A stretch of 64,000 nucleotides of DNA from contig JBGSUI010000067.1 of NCBI GenBank assembly GCA_041736175.1, forward strand, positions 1 to 64,000. Direction: 5' to 3'. Below the pieces are notes generated by a model. The model was not told where the DNA came from. It searched no databases and saw only the letters and a list, made by a program, of their open reading frames with translations. Shown piece by piece: positions 50,601 through 59,791 of this stretch (position 1 is the stretch's first letter; every line of letters starts with the position of its first letter). The stretch comes from Oligoflexales bacterium. Its GTDB lineage: Bacteria; Bdellovibrionota_B; Oligoflexia; Oligoflexales; CAIYRB01. The position numbers and the translations under genes are program-made.

Positions 50601-52273
50601 AGAGACATCACCGACTCTTCTCGGAGTGGGTCAATGGGAGGGTTGGTCACCTGGGCAAACTGTTGTCTAAAGTAATCATAGAGCAGTCTGGGCTCCGTCG
50701 ATAAAAAAGCCGGAGGAGTGTCATCACCCATGGACGAGATAGGCTCTTCACCTTTTTCGGCCATCGGCTTTAAGACCATTTCAATCTCTTCGGAACTCAG
50801 TCCAAAGGCCAATTGTAGTTGCTGCAAACGGGACGCTTTTCGTTGTTTATAGAGATCTCGAATCGCCCATAGATCGTCGATGTCGCGAATGGAAGCTTCA
50901 ATCCAAGGCCGATAGTCATACTGCGCAGAGACGTGACTCTTGGCTTCCCCACTGAGAATCAGTCCCCCTCGGCTCGGGTCGATCACCAGCAACTCCCCAG
51001 GGCCGACACGACCCATACGTTTGATCTTATGGAGTGGTATTGGCAAGGCACCCATCTCCGAGGCCACGACCACTCGGTCGTCATCGGTCAAAAGATAGCG
51101 GCAGGGCCTAAGGCCGTTGCGGTCGAGTCCGACACAGACCGATTGACCATCGGTGCTCACCACCGCTGCGGGACCGTCCCAAGGCTCGAAAATGGGGGCA
51201 TGGTATTCGTAAAAAGATCGCAGCCGAGGATCCATATCATGATTTTTTTCCCATGCCTCGGGCATCAAAATCATATGGGCCTCGGCCAGAGAGCGACCCG
51301 ACAGGAGCAGAATTTTAAAGACCTGGTCTAGATAGGCTGAGTCACTTAACCTTTGGCCTAAAAGCGGTCCCACCAATGATGCATCCTCACCAAAAAGGGC
51401 CCGAGCCAAGGAGGACTCACGGCCCAGCATCGCTGCAAGGTTTCCCCTGAGGGTGTTGATCTCTCCGTTATGGCAGAGGTGTTTGAAAGGTTGGGCAAGC
51501 ACCCAGGACGGAAAGGTGTTGGTGCTAAACCGAGCATGGACCAGTGCCAAGGCACTCTCGACCTCAGGGGAGGCTAGATCAGGGTAGTAGATGGAAAGCT
51601 CTGCGGCATGCATCATCCCTTTGTAGACGGTGGTATAGCGATCAAGGCTGATCAACTGAACCATGTCTTCTGATTTTGCTCCGCCGGGATTTGCTCCGTG
51701 ATTTTCAGCGAAAAAAAGAGTTATTTGTTTTTGAACGATGTATAGCTTGGCATCCCGCACCGGCTCAGGAAGGTTCGACAGATCAAAAAACACGTGGGCG
51801 ATTTGAGGTTCCCCGTGGCGAGCCATGGCGCCTAGACAATCTGAATGGGTCGGTACGGGACGCCAGCCGATGAGGCTCACACCAAGTCTGGCAAACAGCG
51901 GCTTAAGTGGATTTAGACAATCTGAAAACTGGGGCAGACCTTGGGGCCCAAAGAGAACTCCCACGGCATAGGAACCCGGCGGAGGGAGCATAAAGCCAAG
52001 TTTTTGGGATTCCACACGAAAAAAACGATCAGGGATCTGAATAAGCAGTCCGACCCCATCTCCCGTTTTTCCGTCTGCACCCTTAGCCCCTCGATGCTCC
52101 ATAGCGACGAGTGCATCGATGCCGTCCCGTACTAAGCTATGGGATTTTTCACCCTTCGTATGGGCGATGACACCGATTCCACAGGACGCCCGGTGCTGGC
52201 TCGGATGAAACAAACCGGCTTCTACGGCTTGGGGTGACCTGGGGAAAAAATCACTGCTAGAGGCGTCCTGCAT
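47672..52273 (-). CDS. gltB: Glutamate synthase large subunit
   Basis: SCGIG, HARFSTNTFPSW, HNGEINT, QGAKPGEGGQLPG, CIMMRKCHLNTCPVG. Confidence 0.97.
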   Translation of the reverse strand: MQDASSSDFFPRSPQAVEAGLFHPSQHRASCGIGVIAHTKGEKSHSLVRDGIDALVAMEHRGAKGADGKTGDGVGLLIQIPDRFFRVESQKLGFMLPPPGSYAVGVLFGPQGLPQFSDCLNPLKPLFARLGVSLIGWRPVPTHSDCLGAMARHGEPQIAHVFFDLSNLPEPVRDAKLYIVQKQITLFFAENHGANPGGAKSEDMVQLISLDRYTTVYKGMMHAAELSIYYPDLASPEVESALALVHARFSTNTFPSWVLAQPFKHLCHNGEINTLRGNLAAMLGRESSLARALFGEDASLVGPLLGQRLSDSAYLDQVFKILLLSGRSLAEAHMILMPEAWEKNHDMDPRLRSFYEYHAPIFEPWDGPAAVVSTDGQSVCVGLDRNGLRPCRYLLTDDDRVVVASEMGALPIPLHKIKRMGRVGPGELLVIDPSRGGLILSGEAKSHVSAQYDYRPWIEASIRDIDDLWAIRDLYKQRKASRLQQLQLAFGLSSEEIEMVLKPMAEKGEEPISSMGDDTPPAFLSTEPRLLYDYFRQQFAQVTNPPIDPLREESVMSLTVYLGSKQILGETSRAQLVKLHHPVLSEEILNRICSQDVSGLKVVTLSTLIEVTDSPGSFRAGLDSLCNEAINASYGGAQVILLSDRGSQATKIAIPMLLAVAAVNQSLVNEHLKSRTDLIVETAEVRSVHQLACTLGYGAKAVLPYLALDTIGVLCDQGEIKGTTQKSGAEKKYIKALNKGLLKIMSKMGISTLMSYQGAEIFESIGLGHELMKRFFPSTPSPIGGIDLAQIEDRTMGRHAYAFNPQRDPHLMVGGQVHWRKHGEKHAWSPQAIASLQHAVRDNQFASYEAFKKEVDREDQDPIFLRHLLEFKVDKQISLDLQTQQKLQTPQEIVKRFTTGAMSLGAISREAHETLAIAMNRLGGKSNTGEGGEDPGRATPTLAGDSRLSAIRQVASGRFGVTLAYLLDGKELQIKIAQGAKPGEGGQLPGHKVDREIAMLRHSNPGVPLISPPPHHDIYSIEDLAQLIYDLKNAHPKALVSVKLVASTGIGAIAAGVVKAGADKVVISCGSGGTGASPLSSIKHAGMPWEIGIAEVHQALVLNGLRPWVKLEVDGQFKTGRDVVMAALLGANEFGFATAPLIATGCIMMRKCHLNTCPVGIATQDPELRALYRGKPEHVIQFMFFVAEDVRRTLAQLGLDSLDEAIGRTDLLQPKEPLSSLLHLDFKKLLFQVKAPENMGFLPQRPAVALAPPLADLKGHIRTAHRSFGALLSSQRISAERSGPGPKGNAKTRRDPLKIDLNGYGGQSFGAFLDQGVELRLLGAANDYVGKGLSGGRIVVTLPKTASWLDESPSIIGNTVLYGATAGELFVGGAAGERFAVRNSGAEAVVEGLGDHGCEYMTGGVVIVLGSIGKNFGAGMSGGLAFVYDEHGALGTQFNLDMIELEPLTGDEHRPEALTIKRLLEAHVQTTQSQRAAYLLENWPTCLVRFIKVEPKGYQASLAAARDDEGLEPPPFGGGPNAQLRRIGENRHV

Positions 52274-52694
52274 AGTTTACGACTCACCTGATCTATATCT
52301 GTGAAAAACGTGTGGGGTCCCGCATCCTCTGAGGGAAAGGGACCAACCAAAACCCAAGATGCGCGATCTGAGACAACAAGCAAAATCAAGGGACAGAATG
52401 TAGCATCCATCCCGTCTAATGTTAATGACAAAGTCAATGCTGGTGATTTACGCGGAATTTTTTAGGTATCAAACCACACCTCCCCCTCGGAAGAACTCGT
52501 TTTTGAGATTTATAAGGCTCACCAGGAGGTCATTGAGGAGCCATGAAAAAGCTAACGGTATCTCTATGAAATCAGGCCTATTTATACCATAATTAAACTT
52601 TTCACCCCTAGTTCCCGAATTCCTCTTCTGTCTGGTTTGGGGGCCTAGGAAAGCCCCCTCAGCCAACAACTCACATTTTGTTAGAGGAGGATTC

Positions 52695-53024
52695 ATGAGT
52701 TTCAAACTTCACAGAGCTTTGTTCCAAAGCCGGTTTTGGCTTGCCTTAGGTATCACCGTCCAACTTTGGCAAGCTCCTGTGGCCCACGCCGAAGAAGACC
52801 AGGATGCTGACGGCTTTCAGATTGGTGGAAGCTGCGCAGCACTCGCCTACGCATCGACAACCAACTTAAGGGCCTTGATCTCCGGCGGCTACGCGGATGA
52901 CTTCCACGCATTCTGTTTTCCGGAGGAGCCTTCTGAGTGCTCAGATTACACATCCTTTCTAAAGGGTGTGGGTCGTCTGAACACCGGCGAGGACGGGTAC
53001 CACTGTAGCCTTCACCTTCAATAG
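52695..53024 (+). CDS. Small secreted acidic protein with 4 Cys
   Basis: GAGGAGG RBS, signal peptide ending AHA. Confidence 0.65.
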   Translation: MSFKLHRALFQSRFWLALGITVQLWQAPVAHAEEDQDADGFQIGGSCAALAYASTTNLRALISGGYADDFHAFCFPEEPSECSDYTSFLKGVGRLNTGEDGYHCSLHLQ

Positions 53025-53035
53025 AGAAACCGGTG

Positions 53036-53092
53036 AAGAAAAAGGGAAAAGGGAAAAGGGAAAAGGCGTCCGCGCTTTTTCCCTTACCTTTG
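53036..53092. terminator. Probable bidirectional terminator with AAAAGGG tandem repeats
   Basis: (AAAAGGG)n pairs with CTTTTTCCCTTACCTTT between convergent genes. Confidence 0.55.
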
Positions 53093-53122
53093 TGAACAGT
53101 GACCCACTTTAAAAGGCTAATT

Positions 53123-54454
53123 TTACAAGAGGTTTGCCGCCGTGGTCGCCAGCTCACTGCGCTCACCCTTTTTGAGCGTGATATGGGCAGCAATAGGCTC
53201 GTGGCGAAACTTTTCAATCACATAGGTGAGCCCGTTGTTTTGGGAATCGATATAGGGATTATCGATCTGGTATGGATCACCTGTTAGAACTATTTTGGTA
53301 CCTTCCCCGGCTCGCGTCAAAATCGTTTTGATTTCGTGGGGCGTAAGGTTTTGGGACTCGTCGACGACAAAGTAGATGTTAGGCAGTGACCGTCCGCGAA
53401 TATAGGTGAGGGGCTCGACCTGTAGCATTCCTTGGTTGATCAGCTCTTGATAACTTTTTCCAAGCCTTTTTTGTTTAACATGGATCCCCCCAGAGAGCAG
53501 GAGTTCGAGGTTATCGTAGATCGGCTGCATCCATGGATTGAGCTTTTCATCGAGATCACCTGGCAAAAACCCCAAATCTTTGCCTAGAGGAAAAACCGGG
53601 CGAGCGACAAGGAGCTTATGATACTCGTCTTCGTCGGTGGTTTTTGCCAATCCCGCTGCAATGGCCATCAGGGTCTTGCCCGTGCCGGCACCGCCACTGA
53701 GGGTCACTAGTTTGATCTTGTCGTTTAAGAGGGCATCGAGAGCAAAAGATTGCTCTAAATTGCGAGGGTAGATTCCCCAAACTCCCTCTGAGGTGGTATC
53801 CAGCATGCGGACCACGCCACGGGCCTTATCAAAGACCCCTTGGACAAACTGATTCGCATCATTTTCGTCTTCCAAAATGACATATTGATTGGGGAGGATC
53901 GACTCTTCAGGAAGAGCCAGCTCCCTTTTGGTATAGAAAGTGTGGATGAAAGGGGTCGGGACGCGGATGGTCGCAATACCACTGTAAAGATGCGAAATAT
54001 CAACCTTATCTGCCTCGAAATCCTCGGCAGGGATGCCAAAAGCATCGGCCTTAATCCGCAGGTTGCTATCTTTGGTGATGATCACAACCCTGCGGCCATC
54101 GCCAAACTGCTTTTGCAGTGTCAACCCAATCGCCAAAATATGATTATCGGTACCATCGGCTAAAAGCTCCGGCAGTATCTCCATATTGTGACCTAAGTAG
54201 ACAAAAAGACTTCCGGAATCCGGGCGGTCCGTAAAAAGCCGCACGCCCGAAGAAAGGGTCCCCTGTTCTCGCAGCCCGTCAAGGATACGGGACACCTCCC
54301 GGGCATTGCGACCGGTTTCACTTTGATCTTTTTTAAAGGTGTCGATTTCTTCAATCACCGAGATCGGGATCACCACGTCATTGTCTTCAAATTTGAAAAG
54401 ACTTTGAGGGTTACTCAGGAGGACGTTAGTGTCTAGGATAAAGACCTTTTTCAT
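53123..54454 (-). CDS. PIN-PhoH (PhoH2-type) protein
   Basis: N-terminal PIN LDTNVL; GGAGTGKT, GFLPG, YIRGRS, DESQN. Confidence 0.93.
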   Translation of the reverse strand: MKKVFILDTNVLLSNPQSLFKFEDNDVVIPISVIEEIDTFKKDQSETGRNAREVSRILDGLREQGTLSSGVRLFTDRPDSGSLFVYLGHNMEILPELLADGTDNHILAIGLTLQKQFGDGRRVVIITKDSNLRIKADAFGIPAEDFEADKVDISHLYSGIATIRVPTPFIHTFYTKRELALPEESILPNQYVILEDENDANQFVQGVFDKARGVVRMLDTTSEGVWGIYPRNLEQSFALDALLNDKIKLVTLSGGAGTGKTLMAIAAGLAKTTDEDEYHKLLVARPVFPLGKDLGFLPGDLDEKLNPWMQPIYDNLELLLSGGIHVKQKRLGKSYQELINQGMLQVEPLTYIRGRSLPNIYFVVDESQNLTPHEIKTILTRAGEGTKIVLTGDPYQIDNPYIDSQNNGLTYVIEKFRHEPIAAHITLKKGERSELATTAANLL

Positions 54455-54577
54455 TTTAATTAACCAATATCAACAGGTTTCTTGTTTGGATTCCGTTTGT
54501 AACACGGTTCGCAAGGTGACTTCCACCACTCTTTGAGCTACCTTATTGAGTATAGTCACCACCTGTGAGGACAATCT

Positions 54578-56854
54578 ATGGCTCCTAACCCTGCGTCCAT
54601 GATCAGCGACCTTTCCCACGTCTACCGAGAGCAGTTCCAACAACAGAGAGTGATCTTAACTTTTCCGGCCTATTTAGATCTGGTCAGCAAAAGCCCCAGG
54701 TCTCTGATCCGGAGTGCTGCCGAGTATATTAAAGATACATTTGACCACTTTGGCCGAGAAAAGCTTCTGGGTCGGGAAACAGTGGCTTCGGGATATCGGT
54801 TCAGCCTGTTTAATCTGGGTACCGATAAAAATGGAGCCATCTATGGGGGCGAATCCGTCCAAGAAGATATCTATAGCACCCTCGTTAACTTTGTCAGACA
54901 GGGCTATAGCAATAAACTGATCTTGCTCCATGGCCCCAATGGTTCCTCTAAGACCTCGACCGTGGAGCAGATCGCATGGGGGATGCAAAAATATAGCGAA
55001 ACCGATTTAGGGGCGGTTTACAAATTTAACTGGATCTTTCCCACGGAGAAAATCTCGCCAGGTGATCTTAAAGGCGATAGCAGCCCTATCGGTTTTGCGC
55101 GGGGCTCAGGCCAGGATCACTCGACCCAGTCCTATGCAATGTTAGACGACAGCTTGGTCGCCAGTAAGATTTACTCCGACTTTAAGGACAACCCTATCTA
55201 CTTGATCCCCATGCCCGAGCGCGAGATCTGGCTGCGGGAATGGATCGGCAAACAACAAGGAATCTCTCCTGATCACGTAGAACTCCCACCCCATATCCTA
55301 TATGCTGGTTTGTCCAAGCGAAATCAGCTTATCTTAGAAAATCTACTCTCAGCCTATGACGGAGATCTGGCCAAGGTCCTCCGGCATGTCCAGGTAGAGC
55401 GGTTTTTCTATTCCCGTCAATACCGGGTGGGTATTTCGACAGTCGAGCCGCAGATGGCTATTGATGCGGTAGAGAAACAACTCACCATGGACCGAAACAT
55501 CCAAAATTTGCCCTCAGTCCTCCATAACATCCGCTTTTTCGAAGCCCATGGAGAACTGATTGAAGCTAATCGAGGACTCCTTGAATTCTCCGATCTCCTT
55601 AAAAGGCCTCTCGAAGCCTTTAAATATTTGCTGACTTCTGTGGAAAAATCCTCCATCAGCCTCCCGTCCTCGACAGCCCATCTTGATATTGTGTTTATGG
55701 CTACGGCAAACGAAAAGCATTTAGACTCCTTTAAAACCCTCCCGGATTTTAGCTCCTTTCGTGGACGCTTTGATATGATCACAGTTCCCTACCTGCTCAA
55801 GGCGTCCCAGGAAGCCAAGATCTACGAACGGGATATCACCGCCCTTAAAAAGTCAAAGGAGATCTGCCCCCATACAGTGGAAATGCTGTGCCTCTGGGCC
55901 GTGATGACCCGCTATAAACAGCCAGATCCAGAACTTTACGACCCCCAATTCCGCGGCCTCGTCGGAAGACTCGATCCCCGTATGAAAGCCAGACTCTATG
56001 AAGGGGATTCCTTGAGGATGTGGTTTAAACCCACAGAAGAATCCCAGATGCGAGAACTCCGCACTAAGATTTTAACAGAATCAGTCGGTACCGTGGTTTA
56101 CGAAGGTCGCTTCGGCGCATCCCCCCGTGAGATCAAACATATTCTTTTGAGAGCCGTCCAAAACGCCAAGCACAAATCCCTGACCCCCATGGTCATCTTT
56201 GAAGAATTAGAGCGGCTGGTCAAAGACCGCAGTGTCTATGAGTTTCTCCAATTTGAACCTCGGGGAAAATACCATGATGCCGCCCATTTTATCGATGTGA
56301 TTCGCGACGAGTTTGCTCTGACCTTTGAAAACGAAGTCCTTAAGGCTATGTCCATGGTTGCAGATGAAGAGTACGATAAACTCCTTCACCGCTATATCGA
56401 AAATGTCGTGGCTGATATCAAACGGGAGAAAATCTACAATTCGGCAACGGAACAGTATGAACCCGCTAATAAAGGCCTGATGGCTGAGATCGAAAGAATC
56501 CTCGATATCTCCGGTAGTGTCGAAAGGCATCGGGAAGGCATGCTTGCTCGTCTGGCTAGCTGGCGCATCGATAACCCAAAAACCGAACTCAATGTCAAAG
56601 AGATCTTTAGCGACTATCTACAGATTATAGAAGAGCACTATTATAAACAGCGCCGCTCCCAGGTAGAGAAAGTCTATGAATGGATGCTCCTCCTCGACAC
56701 CGACGACCAAAGAGTCCTTAGCGAGAAAGAGCGCAACCAAGCCCGAGATACCTATAAAGAACTCGGACGTCGGTTTGGATACGATGACCATTCAGCCAGG
56801 GAATGCCTTAAATTTATGCTTAACCTCCTCAAACAGAAAAGAAAAACAGCCTAA
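54578..56854 (+). CDS. PrkA/YeaG-family AAA protein
   Basis: LLHGPNGSSKT, GELIEANRGLLEFSDLLK, GASPRE. Confidence 0.85.
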   Translation: MAPNPASMISDLSHVYREQFQQQRVILTFPAYLDLVSKSPRSLIRSAAEYIKDTFDHFGREKLLGRETVASGYRFSLFNLGTDKNGAIYGGESVQEDIYSTLVNFVRQGYSNKLILLHGPNGSSKTSTVEQIAWGMQKYSETDLGAVYKFNWIFPTEKISPGDLKGDSSPIGFARGSGQDHSTQSYAMLDDSLVASKIYSDFKDNPIYLIPMPEREIWLREWIGKQQGISPDHVELPPHILYAGLSKRNQLILENLLSAYDGDLAKVLRHVQVERFFYSRQYRVGISTVEPQMAIDAVEKQLTMDRNIQNLPSVLHNIRFFEAHGELIEANRGLLEFSDLLKRPLEAFKYLLTSVEKSSISLPSSTAHLDIVFMATANEKHLDSFKTLPDFSSFRGRFDMITVPYLLKASQEAKIYERDITALKKSKEICPHTVEMLCLWAVMTRYKQPDPELYDPQFRGLVGRLDPRMKARLYEGDSLRMWFKPTEESQMRELRTKILTESVGTVVYEGRFGASPREIKHILLRAVQNAKHKSLTPMVIFEELERLVKDRSVYEFLQFEPRGKYHDAAHFIDVIRDEFALTFENEVLKAMSMVADEEYDKLLHRYIENVVADIKREKIYNSATEQYEPANKGLMAEIERILDISGSVERHREGMLARLASWRIDNPKTELNVKEIFSDYLQIIEEHYYKQRRSQVEKVYEWMLLLDTDDQRVLSEKERNQARDTYKELGRRFGYDDHSARECLKFMLNLLKQKRKTA

Positions 56855-56896
56855 GTTGGTGTGACTCTCAAAGCACTTTTTTAACTCTATGACCGA

Positions 56897-58822
56897 CTAC
56901 TTTGTGGGGCAGCCTCGGTGATCGCAATCCGCTAGCTCGAAAGCATCCTCATCCACATGGGTTTGGGATATGGGCCTCACCTGTTGCTTAAGCTCTTCAT
57001 AGACCTCTCGGGTGATCTCCTCGTAGGGAGCTTGGAGAAATCCATGATTTTGCTTGAGTAGAAACGAACAGGTTTTGATGGAATCGTTGTAGTTTTTATA
57101 GAGCCATTGCTTGATTCCCTCAAGCTCCTCGGGCTCGTAGTAGATGGTGCAGGAAACCGCGTTGTCCGACCAGTTGGTCTGAAGCCACTTAACATGCTCG
57201 AGCTGGTCAATCGCAGTCACATCTTTGGCCACTAAGGTCTGATCTGGAAACCTGCAGGGAAACTCGATGACGACGGTCGAGGGATCCTGAGTCCCATCAA
57301 AATTAAGCTGTGGCTCCACGTGGTAGCCGTGTTTACGGCACTGGTCCACCAAAAAACTGCCGGAAGACACCCTAATCCGGCGGATAAAGTACTGGGAAAA
57401 GGCAGGATGACAGCCTGGGGTTACTCCGGCTAGGAGCGAAAGGGTCCCGCTTGGTTTAACCGTCGTCAGTTTGATACTGGTGGGCCAGCCCATTTTCCGT
57501 GAATAGATGGTATCGAATTGGCGCAGGTCTGCATAAATACGCGGCAGCCAGTCTTTTTGCTCTTGGGTGGCCTGCATATATCCTGTGATCCCAATACCCA
57601 TACGCATATGTTTATGGACGATGGCCTCGGTCTCGGGGGCATGGCATTTGAGTGCTAAACTGTGTTTGTTGATCCGGTAAAGAATACGAGCTAGCCGTTG
57701 AAACTCGTCAAAACTGTTGAGGTTTGGCAAAAAAATCTCTGCCAAACAGCAGGTCTCATAGCTAGCTAGGCTTTGCTCACCGCAAGGGTTATATCCCATA
57801 ACATTGGGATCAGGATACTGGGTCTCCCCTACCCGTCCCACCTTTCGGGAGAGGTTCAAGTTGATCAGCCCATAGGGTTCTCCATTGCCATGGTAGCTTT
57901 CCCAAAAGCTTTCAGGAAGGAGCCGGATATCGTTACAGACCACACTGTTGTTGCTCATAGAACGCCAGTTTGGAATCGTTCCTAGATCCCATCTTTTAGC
58001 CCGAAGAAAGGCGAGGTCGTCCATATCTCCGAGGGCTATTTGGGCACTCCGCCTCACATTTCCAGCAACGACAATCGATCCAATGATATTCATAAGATCA
58101 AGGGCGTCGACCGTGGATATTTTAGATCCTGCCTTTAGATTGAGGATGCCGTTGATCTGGAGGATTCCCTGGCACAACTCCTCCGGTCCTGAGGCAACGC
58201 CACCAAACCCTTTGATCATAGCACCTTTGCTACGGATGCAGATCGTCGAAAAGCTAAAGGACTTTCCTGTTATAAAGTGCGCCTCTAATGTTTTTCTTAA
58301 AAGCTCCACCCATCCTTCGCGGCTATCGGGAACGATAAAATCCGCATCGTTGGTGTCAAGACGGGTGATAGTGACCGGTCTTACTTTAGGCAATAGATCC
58401 ACATGCTCTTTTTGGAGATTGTAGCCAACGCCACATCCAAGCATCAGCGCATCCATAGTCCAAGTAAAGGGACGAATTGGCTCATTAACCACCGTCATAG
58501 CGCAGTTTTGCAAGCTTAGTAAGCCCAGGCGTTCGACCGTGGGTGTTCCCAGCTGCCATAGAAATCGGCCCGCGACACTTCCCTTAAGGTTAAGCATCGA
58601 CTGCCTAAAAAAGTTAGCCTCGTCAGGTTCGAGTTTGAGTCCTAACTGTTGGTCCAACGACCTCAGGACCCGATCAACCGTATCCGGCCACTCTTCCGTC
58701 GGAGGGGCCGCAGAAGCTCCCTGAGCCGAAGCCACCGGCGAGGGCTTCTTGTCTAACCGACGGGCATAGGTTCGTTTGTAAGTGATGTAACCGACAGGAC
58801 CCCAAGGGGTTGTATCTACCAT
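56897..58822 (-). CDS. nrdJ: Class II (adenosylcobalamin-dependent) ribonucleotide reductase
   Basis: YKRTY, GRFLW, NC, VAGNVRRSA, NPCGEQ, TTVKPSGT, C-terminal CxxxxCP; no ATP cone seen. Confidence 0.9.
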   Translation of the reverse strand: MVDTTPWGPVGYITYKRTYARRLDKKPSPVASAQGASAAPPTEEWPDTVDRVLRSLDQQLGLKLEPDEANFFRQSMLNLKGSVAGRFLWQLGTPTVERLGLLSLQNCAMTVVNEPIRPFTWTMDALMLGCGVGYNLQKEHVDLLPKVRPVTITRLDTNDADFIVPDSREGWVELLRKTLEAHFITGKSFSFSTICIRSKGAMIKGFGGVASGPEELCQGILQINGILNLKAGSKISTVDALDLMNIIGSIVVAGNVRRSAQIALGDMDDLAFLRAKRWDLGTIPNWRSMSNNSVVCNDIRLLPESFWESYHGNGEPYGLINLNLSRKVGRVGETQYPDPNVMGYNPCGEQSLASYETCCLAEIFLPNLNSFDEFQRLARILYRINKHSLALKCHAPETEAIVHKHMRMGIGITGYMQATQEQKDWLPRIYADLRQFDTIYSRKMGWPTSIKLTTVKPSGTLSLLAGVTPGCHPAFSQYFIRRIRVSSGSFLVDQCRKHGYHVEPQLNFDGTQDPSTVVIEFPCRFPDQTLVAKDVTAIDQLEHVKWLQTNWSDNAVSCTIYYEPEELEGIKQWLYKNYNDSIKTCSFLLKQNHGFLQAPYEEITREVYEELKQQVRPISQTHVDEDAFELADCDHRGCPTK

Positions 58823-58969
58823 TTGACTTTCCTCCCGGTAGCGCAGCCTACTCCTAAAAGAAAAGAGCTGCCACCCTAGCTTGGATTTGCCTTCAATTTT
58901 TGAGGGCTGCTACCCGTTTATGTCTTTTGACAGCAGCCATTATGGATATAATAGAGACACTTTGATCAT

Positions 58970-59764
58970 GTGACTGGGAGAGGAGATCCTTTGAGTAATC
59001 GTGACTTTGAACAAAATTATCCAGTGATCGTTCGCTTGTCTTTGTTGATCACCGGTCTTGCGATCGAAAAATTTCGTGGCAAAGACATCATTTTTAACGT
59101 GGATTTGATCAAAAGTCTGATGAGTGCCTCCAATCATTTTAAACCGTTTGATCTCCAAGCAACCCAAATCCACAGGATGATGGGTAAATATAAAAAAATG
59201 GGTTGGTGCGAGATCATCAACGAGGGAGCAGCAAAGTTCTATCGATTGCAACCAGCAGGTGTGAATGGTATCCTACGGACTTTGGTCGATTTCGAGTATG
59301 TTATTCCCATTACAGAAACCATTATGATCCAGTGGTTTCTCAAGACCTATCGCGACCCCATCATCCGTCGGATTAAACCCCATACCTCCGCCAAGGATTT
59401 TAAAGAACTCGAGGAAAAACTCGAAGACGAATATATTGTGACCGCCCAGCAGTCCCTTCTGGACCACGGCATCCAAGAGATGAAACTACGGATTAAACAG
59501 TCCCAGCAGCTCCAAGACTATATCAAGGCCCAACTCCGCTCAGGCACCGACCTGATGGAGGCTCTTAAATCTCTTCCCACGGAGTTTAGCTATAAACTCA
59601 CCCACCAAAAAAGATTTTGGCAGTGGCTTGCAGAACTTCCCGAAGACGTTCGAGTGATTGAGGTCGAACGGGGATTTAGCGAGAGGGAAAAACTCCTCTA
59701 TGGCAATACTCTGAATGCCATGGTCTATCTACGCACTTGCTACAACGAACTGCTCAAAACGTGA
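58970..59764 (+). CDS. Hypothetical protein, possible N-terminal winged helix
   Basis: 264-aa ORF; KMGW...AKFYRL wing-like segment. Confidence 0.55.
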   Translation: MTGRGDPLSNRDFEQNYPVIVRLSLLITGLAIEKFRGKDIIFNVDLIKSLMSASNHFKPFDLQATQIHRMMGKYKKMGWCEIINEGAAKFYRLQPAGVNGILRTLVDFEYVIPITETIMIQWFLKTYRDPIIRRIKPHTSAKDFKELEEKLEDEYIVTAQQSLLDHGIQEMKLRIKQSQQLQDYIKAQLRSGTDLMEALKSLPTEFSYKLTHQKRFWQWLAELPEDVRVIEVERGFSEREKLLYGNTLNAMVYLRTCYNELLKT

Positions 59765-59791
59765 CTGGGGCAGGGGAGCTGGGGAATGATA

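Noticed and set aside
58868..58890. NrdR box or cobalamin riboswitch upstream of nrdJ
   Set aside because: Only a weak partial match; no tandem box or B12-box.
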